In this document: piece by piece, positions 9,963 to 18,335 of the stretch
Layout of the letters: each line of letters opens with the position of its first letter
Numbering within the stretch: the first letter of the stretch is position 1
Assembly: GCA_963849325.1 (NCBI GenBank)
Contig: CAWKHF010000004.1
Location: 224,001-288,000, forward strand
DNA: 64,000 nt
Direction of reading: 5' to 3'
DNA from: an uncultured Planctomycetota bacterium
Lineage (GTDB): Bacteria; Planctomycetota; Planctomycetia; Gemmatales; Gemmataceae
The notes under the pieces: generated by a model
What the model saw: the letters and a program-made list of their open reading frames with translations, nothing else
The model's database searches: none
Told to the model about the DNA's origin: nothing
Program-made: the position numbers and the translations under genes

Positions 9963-10853
9963 TCAGGCGTACCGGGTTTGGCCGCGACGCGCAGCGGAGC
10001 GCGGGACGGCCTGCGCTCCGCTGCGCGTCGCGGCTAAACGGATGGACTGCGCCAGCTCCTGGAGGCGGTCGCGAGCCTCGCCCTCGATGAACTGGCGGAC
10101 GCGCGGATCGGGACACTCCCGCAATTGCTCCGGCGTGCCGTCGAAGAGGATCTGGTGCTCTCCCGGCTGCAAGCGACTCAGCGGGTAGAACATGACGACG
10201 CGGTCGGCCACCTTGTTGACGGTCTTCATTTCGTGCGTGACGACGATGCTCGTCACCGGATGCTGCCGCCGAGTTTGCAGGATCAACTCATTGATGACGT
10301 CGGTCATAATCGGATCAAGTCCCGTGGTCGGTTCGTCATAAAGCATGACCTCGGGCTCCAGGGCCAGGGCGCGGGCCAGTCCAACCCGTTTTTTCATGCC
10401 GCCCGACAGCTCCGCCGGCTTCTTGGTGACGACGTTGGGCGGCAAACCGACCTCTTGCAGCCGCTGACGCACGACCTCGCGGACCTCCGCCTCGGCGGTG
10501 CGGCCCTGGCGCGCAGCCCGAAGGCGACGTTGTCGTAGACCGACAGGCTGTCGAACAGGGCGGCGCCCTGGAACAGAAAGCCGAAGCGCAGCCGTTGCCG
10601 CGTCAGCTCGCGCTCGGGCAGATTTTCCAGGTGCTGTGCCATCGAAGACGACCCGCCCCACGGTCGGCCGCAGCAGGCCGATAATCAGCTTGAGCAGCAC
10701 CGTCTTGCCGCAGCCGCTCTCGCCGATGACGGCCAGGGTCTGACCGCGAAAAATCTCCAGGTCGATGGCGTGCAGCACGCGCTGCGTGCCGAACTGCATC
10801 GTCACCTGCTGCAACGAAATCAAGGCGTTGCTCGGCGCCGCCTCGCTGCTCAT
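9963..10853 (-). CDS. mlaF: ABC transporter ATP-binding protein, MlaF/Ttg2A type; frameshifts near 10640 and 10505
   Basis: GESGCGKT, FLFQGAALFDS, LSGGMKKRVGLARA, YDEPTTGLDP. Confidence 0.9.
   Translation of the reverse strand: MSSEAAPSNALISLQQVTMQFGTQRVLHAIDLEIFRGQTLAVIGESGCGKTVLLKLIIGLLRPTVGRVVFDGTAPGKSARARADAATAALRLSVPGRRPVRQPVGLRQRRLRAARQGRTAEAEVREVVRQRLQEVGLPPNVVTKKPAELSGGMKKRVGLARALALEPEVMLYDEPTTGLDPIMTDVINELILQTRRQHPVTSIVVTHEMKTVNKVADRVVMFYPLSRLQPGEHQILFDGTPEQLRECPDPRVRQFIEGEARDRLQELAQSIRLAATRSGAQAVPRSAARRGQTRYA
9976..10039. repeat. REP-like palindrome type A, inside the mlaF 3' end
   Basis: GTTTGGCCGCGACGCGCAGCGGAGCGC...GCGCTCCGCTGCGCGTCGCGGCTAAAC. Confidence 0.85.
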
Positions 10854-10875
10854 GCTCGCTCATCCTTTCATAGAA

Positions 10876-11004
10876 AATAGGGCATAGGGAATAGGGAATA
10901 GGGAATAGGGAATAGGGAAAGGGAATAGGGAATAGCCGAGGCTTCTCTCTCTTTCTATTCCCTATTCCCTATTCCCTATTCCCTATTCCCTTTTTCTATT
11001 CCCT
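10876..11004. repeat. (GGGAATA)n/(TATTCCC)n tandem-heptamer inverted repeat
   Basis: About 8 GGGAATA units, a spacer, then about 6 TATTCCC units, between mlaE and mlaF. Confidence 0.9.
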
Positions 11005-11005
11005 G

Positions 11006-11836
11006 CTACATGAAATGGGCGGCCGAGGGCCAAAGGTAATCGTAAAGGTTGTTGAGGAACATGGCGAGGAAGAAGTCGAGCACGAGGATGGCGATGAACG
11101 ACAGCACGAAGGCGCGAGTGGCGGCCCGACCGACGCCCTCGGCGCCGGCGTCGCTGTGAAAGCCGCGGTGGCAGCAAATGACGGCGATGGCGGCACCGAA
11201 AAAGAGCGGCTTGATCAGGCCGGTCACCAGGTCGTACATGCCGACGTATCCCTGGGTATTCTCCCAGTAGTAGTGCGACTCGACGTGATAGACCTCGATG
11301 CAGATGACCGCTCCGCCGAGGACGCCCATGAAGTTGGCCATGATGGTCAAGAGCGGGATGAGCAACATGCAGGCCAGGAAGCGCGGCGTCGCCAGGTAAT
11401 GCACCGGGTTGGTTCCCAGGCAGGCCAGGGCGTCGATCTGCTCGGTGATGCGCATGGTGGCCAACTCGGCGGCCATGGCACTGCCGACGCGGCCGGCGAG
11501 CATGACGGCGGCCAGGACCGGACCCAGCTCGCGCACCACCGAGACGTTGATGATCTGGCCCAGCCGCGTCGCCAGTCCAAGATGAGCGAACTCCGCGTAG
11601 GCCTGCACGGCCAGCACCATGCCGATGAACGTGCCCGTAATCATCACCACCGGAATGCTACGCACGCCGACGGCGTGGCAGATCGGCACGATGGTGTTGT
11701 AACTGGAGCGCCGCCGCGTGCCGGCCAGGATGTGAACGGCGAAAAGGCTAAGGTCGCCCAGATCGATGAGGGCGTCGGCGACCTGCTGGCGGGCGAACCG
11801 CCACAGGCCCAGCGTTTCCCGGCTGACCGTGGCCAT
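11006..11836 (-). CDS. mlaE: MlaE family ABC permease
   Basis: VRELGPVLAAVMLAGRVGSAMAAELATMRITEQIDAL, GAEGVGRAAT. Confidence 0.92.
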   Translation of the reverse strand: MATVSRETLGLWRFARQQVADALIDLGDLSLFAVHILAGTRRRSSYNTIVPICHAVGVRSIPVVMITGTFIGMVLAVQAYAEFAHLGLATRLGQIINVSVVRELGPVLAAVMLAGRVGSAMAAELATMRITEQIDALACLGTNPVHYLATPRFLACMLLIPLLTIMANFMGVLGGAVICIEVYHVESHYYWENTQGYVGMYDLVTGLIKPLFFGAAIAVICCHRGFHSDAGAEGVGRAATRAFVLSFIAILVLDFFLAMFLNNLYDYLWPSAAHFM

Positions 11837-11864
11837 CCTAACCCCCAAAATCGGTACGAAGTTC

Positions 11865-11920
11865 TCGTTTAGCCGCGACGCGCAGCGGAGCGCGCTCCGC
11901 TGCGCGTCGCGGCTAAACGA
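11865..11920. repeat. REP-like palindrome type A
   Basis: TCGTTTAGCCGCGACGCGCAGCGGAGCGCGCTCCGCTGCGCGTCGCGGCTAAACGA, a perfect palindrome, followed by (GTCCTTY)x3 at about 11925-11946. Confidence 0.9.
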
Positions 11921-11956
11921 ATGTCGTCCTTTGTCCTTCGTCCTTCGTACTTATTT

Positions 11957-12824
11957 TCATCCCCAGTACGCCACCGGATGCCCGTTGTGCCATTGCACCC
12001 AGACCCGGTAGCGACTGTCCCAGGCGATGCCGGAGAACGGCACGTCTGGGCTTGGCGCTTCCTGTAGGACCGGCACCGGCTCGGGCTGCGCGATCGGCTG
12101 GGCCGCGCGCCGCTGAGCGTGGAGCCGGCGCACGCCCATCAATTCGAGCTGGCCGGCGAACAGGACGAACGCGGCCAGCAGGATCGGCATGGGGCTGAGC
12201 ACGAGCAGCGACAGACAGGCGATGAGGATCGCCATTCCCACTCCGACGCGGGCGGCTAACTCGGTCGCTCGCAGGTGCCCCAGTCGCAGCGACAGCAGCG
12301 CCCGCAGCACCCGGCCGCCGTCCATCGGGAAGCACGGCAATAGGTTGAAGACAAGTAGTGCCACGTTGGCCGACCACAGCAAGACGCCGAAACGGACCCC
12401 AGTGGCGATCGGACCCAGTTCGGGATTGAACAGCACGTCGCCGCCTCGGGCAGCCGGACAGGACCGCCAGCAAAGCCACGGGTGCCAAAAGGGCGGCGAG
12501 GACGAGGTTGACCGCCGGACCCGCCAGGGCGATGCAAATCTCCTCGGACGGCTTCTCGCTCATGCGCTCCAGCCGGGCGACGCCGCCGATGGGGTAAAGG
12601 GTGATGCTGTCGGTGCCGATGCCGAAGAAGCGGGCCATGAGGGCATGACCCAGTTCGTGCAACACCACGCAGCTAAACAGGGCGATCAACCAGATCAACA
12701 GGAACAGCGCGTTCGCCAGGCCGCCGCCGTTGGTCAACAGCAGCCAGGCCGGCAACAGGAAGAACGTCGAGTGGACGTACAGGGGGATGCCGAACAGTTT
12801 GCCTAGTTGGAAAGATCGCAGCAT
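11957..12824 (-). CDS. site-2 protease (M50); frameshift near 12450
   Basis: [32 protein letters not shown]. Confidence 0.9.
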
Positions 12825-12973
12825 GGACGGTCCTGCTTTCGTTGGGAAGCTCTAGCAATCGAAGCTGTTGTGCTTGTGCGCGAGAATGGTTCACCCGGGG
12901 GGATTTTTTTCTCGGCGCGGCGATTTTTTCTCAAGTTTCGCCTTCTCTCGCGGTCACAGCGAAGCCGCTCGCG

Positions 12974-12990
12974 CCTACAATTATTGTAGG
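12974..12990. promoter_or_regulatory. palindrome carrying TACAAT -10 hexamers on both strands, between divergent genes
   Basis: CCTACAAT-T-ATTGTAGG. Confidence 0.45.
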
Positions 12991-13252
12991 GAGGAGAGGC
13001 GACCCGCGAGACGAAAAACCAGCCGGCAGGGACGCCGACAGGTGAGAGGATCTCCGAACCTTTTGCGAGCCGCCAACCCTCCACGCCTTGACGGCCCTCC
13101 CAGCCTTTCGACCGACGCCTCCGGGGGCAACCGGGCGATTCGGCGGAAGAGACACATGGAGGGATGGGCCGCCCTCGAGGATCCCGGTTGCGAGCCAGCC
13201 GACCAATGGGGGTGCCGGCCCCGCTCGCACAGCTCCCAGCAGGAGACTCAAC

Positions 13253-13728
13253 GTGAAACGGCAACCCAAAGGGGCCAAAGAACGATCTCAGACCATCCAG
13301 GTCTGGACCTACGAGCAAGCGACGGGCGCCGCGCCCTATATTTCCTCCATCCTTCGTTCGCTGCGCGAGCACGCCCTGGAGGCGCTGCAACACTATCATC
13401 GGGCCAAGCGTCTCGCCAACCGTCCCGGCCGGCCCAGTCGCGCCGCCATCATTGCCCAGCAGGAAGCCGAACGCGAGGCCCATCGGGCCGACGATCGCTT
13501 CCGCGACGCCCTCGACGAACTCCAGGAAATGGACATCTACACGCTCGACCCCATCCAGGGTCAAGCTCTCGTTCCCTTCGTCCACAACGACCAGTTGGCC
13601 TGGTATATTTTCGACCTGTTCGACGCCCAGCCACTGCGCTTCTGCGCTTCCAGAGCGATCCGGACGATACGCGCCGTCCCGTGACCTCCCTGCAAAAGGG
13701 GGCGGCACCGGCATCGCAGATCGTGTGA
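13253..13728 (+). CDS. DUF2203-like protein; frameshift near 13643
   Basis: WTYEQATGAAPYI...DPIQGQALVPFVHNDQLAWYIFD...RRPV; GGAG RBS before GTG. Confidence 0.6.
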
Positions 13729-13756
13729 ACGTCTTCGCCTCGGTCTCTCCGCACAC

Positions 13757-13790
13757 AAGGGCGTCTCTTCGGGGGCGCCCTTCTGTGTTT
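13757..13790 (+). terminator. intrinsic terminator-like hairpin
   Basis: AAGGGCGTCTC-TTCG-GGGGCGCCCTT followed by a T-rich tract. Confidence 0.55.
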
Positions 13791-13810
13791 GTGTAAACGA
13801 GGGATATTCC

Positions 13811-13875
13811 GTTTAGCCGCGACGCGCAGCGGAGCGCGGGAGAGTCCCGCGCTCCGCTGCGCGTCGCGGCTAAAC
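13811..13875. repeat. REP-like palindrome type A
   Basis: GTTTAGCCGCGACGCGCAGCGGAGCGCGGGA-GAG-TCCCGCGCTCCGCTGCGCGTCGCGGCTAAAC. Confidence 0.9.
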
Positions 13876-13902
13876 AAAGTTATGAACGGAGCTCGCACCC
13901 TC

Positions 13903-14577
13903 ATGCGCGTTCAACTCCCCACCGACTGGAAGACGGTCCTGGCGGATGAATTGAAGAAGCCTTATTTCCACAAGCTCAAAGAATTCGTCGATGCCGAGCG
14001 CGAGGCCCACACGGTCTATCCGCCGGAAGGAGACGTGTTCAACGCCTTCAAGCTGACACCCTACGAGCGCGTCCAGGTGCTTCTCCTGGGGCAAGATCCC
14101 TACCACGACGAGGGCCAGGCGCACGGTTTATGCTTCTCGGTCAAGCCGGAGGTCAAACGGCCGCCATCGCTGGTCAACATCTTCAAGGAGTTGCAGCACG
14201 ACCTGGGCTGTCCCATACCCAACAACGGCTACCTGGTGCCGTGGGCCGAGCACGGCGTCATGCTGCTCAACGCCGTCCTCACCGTCCGCGCGCACAAACC
14301 CGCCTCGCACGCCAACCACGGCTGGGAGACCTTCACCGACGCCGTCATTCGCGCCCTCAACGACCGGCCGCGTCCCCTCGTCTTTCTGCTGTGGGGCGCC
14401 TACGCCCAGAAGAAGAGCAAGCTCATCGACACCGACCGCCATCGCATCGTGACGGCGGCGCATCCGTCGCCGCTGTCGTTCAAGAAGTTCCTCGGCAGCA
14501 AATGCTTTTCCGCCGCCAACAACGCCCTGGAAGAGCTGGGCGAAACGCCGATCGATTGGCAACTGCCCGACGTGTGA
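13903..14577 (+). CDS. ung: uracil-DNA glycosylase, family 1
   Basis: GQDPYH, QAHGLCFSV, PPSLVNIFKEL, LLNAVLTV, HPSPLS. Confidence 0.97.
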   Translation: MRVQLPTDWKTVLADELKKPYFHKLKEFVDAEREAHTVYPPEGDVFNAFKLTPYERVQVLLLGQDPYHDEGQAHGLCFSVKPEVKRPPSLVNIFKELQHDLGCPIPNNGYLVPWAEHGVMLLNAVLTVRAHKPASHANHGWETFTDAVIRALNDRPRPLVFLLWGAYAQKKSKLIDTDRHRIVTAAHPSPLSFKKFLGSKCFSAANNALEELGETPIDWQLPDV

Positions 14578-14585
14578 GGGACACA

Positions 14586-17135
14586 TCAGGGCGCGGCGGA
14601 AGGACGGAGGGCGAGGCGGTCGAGCGCGGCCTTCGCTTCCCGCGTCAGACGTGCCTCGGGGAACCCGTCGGCGAGGGTCTGGAGAACCTGCCGGGCCTCG
14701 CGGGAACCGATGTGCTCCAGCACTTCCACCGCGCGCAGCGGACGAGCCGTCTCGGCGGAGGGACAAAGCAGTTTCTCCAGAAGCGCATCGATGCGGCGGC
14801 GCACTTCCAGGGTAGGCATCCCTTGTAACGCCTGGCGCAGAGAGGATTCGGCCGCCTCACCCAGCTTTTCCAGCTCCCCAAGGGCCTCATCGCGGACGGC
14901 GAATTCGTCGGCGTCCAGCTTGCGGATCAGCTCGGCCAGGCGCTTCTTTTCGACCGGCTGCGCGGGCCGAAGGTGCTCGCTCAGCAACGGCAGCGCCTGG
15001 GCGGGATCGGCGCGGAGAGCGTGCATGGCTTGATACGCTCCGGCCGCATCCCCGGCCAGATCCTTCCAGGCGGTTTGCACGACCAGGCGCGGAATGGCCG
15101 GCAAGCCGTCCCGCACGATTCGGGCCACGTCCCAGACGAGGACCGACGTGTCCTCGCCTCCAGAGTAGAGCCATTTGCCGTCGGGGGAGAAGACCAGGGC
15201 GTTGACGTTGCCGCGATGCCCCGCCAGCTGCTTCCGTTCCGTGCCGGTCGCCAAGTCCCACAGTCGCAGCGTGCCATCGCGGGCGGCCGAAGCGAGGAGG
15301 CGGCCGTCCGGCGAAAAGGCGACGGCGAGCGTCGGCTGGGTATGACCCTGGAGGCGCAGACGCTCCTGGCCCGTGGCGGTTTCCCACACGGAAATCGTCT
15401 TCTCGCGGTTGAGGGCCAGCATTCGGCCATCCGCCGACAGTGCCAGGCGAGCACGGTTGGAATAATTGAGGCGATCGGCGTCGATCCGAAGCATCCGGGC
15501 ATTCATGGCGGCGGTCAACTGTGGCAGCTCTTCGCCCCGGCTCACGTCCCAGGCGCGAACGTCGGTTCCCTCGGGCGTTCGGGTCGCCGCGAAGACGAAA
15601 CGACCGTCGGCGGAGAAGGCAACCGCTTCCACGAAAGGCGACTCACATTTCAGACAACGCATTCGCTGGCCTGTCCGCGCGTTCCATAGGCAGACCGTTC
15701 CCTCCCAACTTCCGGTCGCCAGGGATCGACCATCGGGAGAGAAGGCGACGGTGGAGAGGCGTTCTCCCTTCTGTCCGGGGTAGGCCGGCTTGCCCTCGAC
15801 GGGAGCCTCGATCCGGCGGACTTCCTTGCCGGTAACGGTATCCCACAAGGAGAGAGAACCTAGCCGACTGACCACGGCCAACGTCTTCCCGTCGGGAGCA
15901 CAGGCGCAGTCGGTCAGCCCCGTGCTGGCGGGCGCGAAGCAATGGCGCTCCACGCCGGTGTTCGTTTCCCACAGGCGCACCCCGTCGGGGCTCAGCGAGG
16001 CCAAGCGCCGTCCGTCCGGCGAACGAACGACCGCCTCCACCGGCCAATGATGGCCGCTTGGCGGATCGATCTCCTTGCCCGTGGCCACTTCCCAGCGACG
16101 AATGACAGAGCCTCCCGCGAACAGGATCTTGCCATCGCGGGAAAAGGCCAGACAGCTGGCGCCTCCGGCGAACGAGTGCAGTCGTTCGCCGGTGGTCCCA
16201 TTCCACAAATGGATGCGGGCGGCGGTACCAGGGGACACCTCCACGGAGGCCAGCCGTTTGCCATCGGGGGAAAGGGCCACAGCGGTGACCAGGGGGAGCC
16301 TGGCTTGCAGTTGGCGGACTTCCTTATCGTCCGCCAGGCTCCAAAGGGAGATGTGGCCTGGTCCGGTGCCGTTGAGACCGCGGATTCCCGCCGCCAGGAA
16401 TCGGCCATCGCCGGACAGGCCCAGTGAATCGACAAGCCTCCCCTCGCCGAGGTTGAGGACGGGTCGCTCCTTCCACGAGGCCGTGTCCCAGCGATGGACC
16501 GTGCTGTTCGTCTGCCCCCCGGCGATCAGGGTCTTACCGTCCGGCGTGAAGGCGAAGAGGACAATGTCCAGGCGTCTGCGGGGCCACGGCCGCGAGACGA
16601 TTTCCGCTCCCGTAGTTGCATTCCACACATGAAGGTTCTTCGCGTCGCAAGTGACCAGCATCTGGCCGTCGGGGGAAAAACCCAGGCCGAGCTTCAGGCC
16701 GTTCTTGCCGTACTTCTCCCCCTTGAACCATCGCCGTTCCCGCCCCGTGGCGGCATCCCAAAGACGAATCCCCTCTTCGGAAGTGGTCGCCAGGATGCCG
16801 TCCGAAGAGAGGGCGAGGTAGTGACGGCCCGAACCGCCGGGAAGGCGATGCAGCAGCCGTCCCGTGGCCATCTCCCAGACGCAGAAGGTAGGGCCCCGGA
16901 AGGGGGTGCTGCCGGAAATCAGCGTCTTGCCATCCGGACAGGGGATCAACGCTTGAACGCCATCGCCGGAACGGAAGTGGATCGAGCCAAGCCGGCGGAC
17001 GCACTCCGCCGGAAGAGGATCGCCAAACGCATCGACGCGCTCCGCTTTCGGCTCGGCGGTCCCTAACCGAGACAGGCTCGGCGGCGGCGCAAGGAACAGC
17101 GCCGCGGCGACGATTCCGCGCGAAAGATACCTCAT
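14586..17135 (-). CDS. exported WD40-repeat protein
   Basis: Signal peptide, DAFGDPLP...RLG, many AFSPDG...W repeats, C-terminal LDADEFAVR/LRAVEVLE domain typical of Gemmataceae. Confidence 0.9.
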   Translation of the reverse strand: MRYLSRGIVAAALFLAPPPSLSRLGTAEPKAERVDAFGDPLPAECVRRLGSIHFRSGDGVQALIPCPDGKTLISGSTPFRGPTFCVWEMATGRLLHRLPGGSGRHYLALSSDGILATTSEEGIRLWDAATGRERRWFKGEKYGKNGLKLGLGFSPDGQMLVTCDAKNLHVWNATTGAEIVSRPWPRRRLDIVLFAFTPDGKTLIAGGQTNSTVHRWDTASWKERPVLNLGEGRLVDSLGLSGDGRFLAAGIRGLNGTGPGHISLWSLADDKEVRQLQARLPLVTAVALSPDGKRLASVEVSPGTAARIHLWNGTTGERLHSFAGGASCLAFSRDGKILFAGGSVIRRWEVATGKEIDPPSGHHWPVEAVVRSPDGRRLASLSPDGVRLWETNTGVERHCFAPASTGLTDCACAPDGKTLAVVSRLGSLSLWDTVTGKEVRRIEAPVEGKPAYPGQKGERLSTVAFSPDGRSLATGSWEGTVCLWNARTGQRMRCLKCESPFVEAVAFSADGRFVFAATRTPEGTDVRAWDVSRGEELPQLTAAMNARMLRIDADRLNYSNRARLALSADGRMLALNREKTISVWETATGQERLRLQGHTQPTLAVAFSPDGRLLASAARDGTLRLWDLATGTERKQLAGHRGNVNALVFSPDGKWLYSGGEDTSVLVWDVARIVRDGLPAIPRLVVQTAWKDLAGDAAGAYQAMHALRADPAQALPLLSEHLRPAQPVEKKRLAELIRKLDADEFAVRDEALGELEKLGEAAESSLRQALQGMPTLEVRRRIDALLEKLLCPSAETARPLRAVEVLEHIGSREARQVLQTLADGFPEARLTREAKAALDRLALRPSAAP

Positions 17136-17298
17136 GAACGACCTCCCCGAAGGACGGGCTTTTCCTCTGTTGTACCTCATGGGAACGACGCTGGGAACCA
17201 TGTTGTAGACCTTCGCTCGCGCTTTGCCGACCTTTTCTTTTTATCTGTACAAGCGTATAATTAGAGATAGAAAGGGTGAGGAAAGAAGAGGGGGATTC

Positions 17299-18162
17299 AT
17301 GGACAACGCAACCATCGCACGCAAGCTGAACGACTACGCGACGTACCTGGAAGGCGAAGACTCGAACGTGTATCGAGTGCGCGCCTATCGCCGGGCCGCA
17401 GCGACGGTGCTGGCGCAGGAACGATCGCTGGCCGAGGTAGTGAATGAGAAGGGCCGAGCCGGGCTGGAAGAGTTGCCAGGCATCGGGGCCAGCCTGGCGT
17501 ACACGATCGAGGGACTGGTCCGCACCGGCGCGTTCCGCACATTGCGGCCGGACGCCGGCCATGTCGATCCGGAACGTTTGCTGACCAGCCTGCCGGGCGT
17601 CGGCCGACAGTTGGCCCACGTCCTGCACGAACAGCTCGGCATCACCACGCTGGAAGAGCTAGAGCGGGCCGCCCATGATGGCCGGTTGGTCCAGGTTGGC
17701 GTGGGTCCGAAACGACTGCGCGGTCTGATCAACGCGCTGGCCGGACGTCTGCGTCGGAGCCGACTGCCGGAGCCGACTCGCGGCGAGCCGCCCGTGGCGG
17801 ACCTGCTCGCCGTCGATGAGGAATACCGTCGCCAGGCCGACCGCGATACGCTGCCCACGCTCACGCCGCGCCGCTTCAACCCGGAGCATGAACCGTGGCT
17901 GCCGTTGTTGGTCGCGGATCGCGCCGGCTGGCGTTTCCGCGCCCTCTTCTCGAACACGGCCCTGGCCCATCGGCTGAACAAGACGCACGATTGGGTCGTG
18001 ATCGCGTTCCACGATGGTTTCACTTCGAGTCAACGTACCGTGGTGACGGAGACGCGCGGCGACCTGCGCGGCCGCCGCGTGGTGCGCGGCCGCGAACGCG
18101 AGTGTCGGGTACACTACCAGGGACTTGCGCCGGTGCCGACCGGACCCGACACGGCGGCCTAA
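17299..18162 (+). CDS. PolX-N-terminal helix-hairpin-helix DNA-binding protein (no polymerase palm)
   Basis: MDNATIARKL...YRVRAYRRAA, LPGIG, LPGVG, LGITTLEELERAAHDGRL..GVGPKR, then a distinct C-domain (PRRFNP, ALFSNTALAH, DWVVI). Confidence 0.85.
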   Translation: MDNATIARKLNDYATYLEGEDSNVYRVRAYRRAAATVLAQERSLAEVVNEKGRAGLEELPGIGASLAYTIEGLVRTGAFRTLRPDAGHVDPERLLTSLPGVGRQLAHVLHEQLGITTLEELERAAHDGRLVQVGVGPKRLRGLINALAGRLRRSRLPEPTRGEPPVADLLAVDEEYRRQADRDTLPTLTPRRFNPEHEPWLPLLVADRAGWRFRALFSNTALAHRLNKTHDWVVIAFHDGFTSSQRTVVTETRGDLRGRRVVRGRERECRVHYQGLAPVPTGPDTAA

Positions 18163-18171
18163 CCAAACGCC

Positions 18172-18248
18172 TCCGAGCCTGAAGCGTAAGCGAAGAAGAA
18201 CGGCAACCAAAGGTTGCCGTTCTTCTTCGCTTACGCTTCAGGCTCGGA
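18172..18248. repeat. REP-like palindrome type B
   Basis: TCCGAGCCTGAAGCGTAAGCGAAGAAGAACGGCAACC-AAA-GGTTGCCGTTCTTCTTCGCTTACGCTTCAGGCTCGGA. Confidence 0.9.
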
Positions 18249-18335
18249 AGGAAGAACTTGGCGCGGCGCGGACACCTTGCATAATGGGAGTGTGGGCCAA
18301 TCCCCAAGCGGCCCCTTCTCGAAAGCACCGCAGCC

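Noticed and set aside
10876..11004. Tandem repeats as a CRISPR array or telomere-like tract
   Set aside because: No unique spacers and no cas genes; the units form an inverted pair instead.
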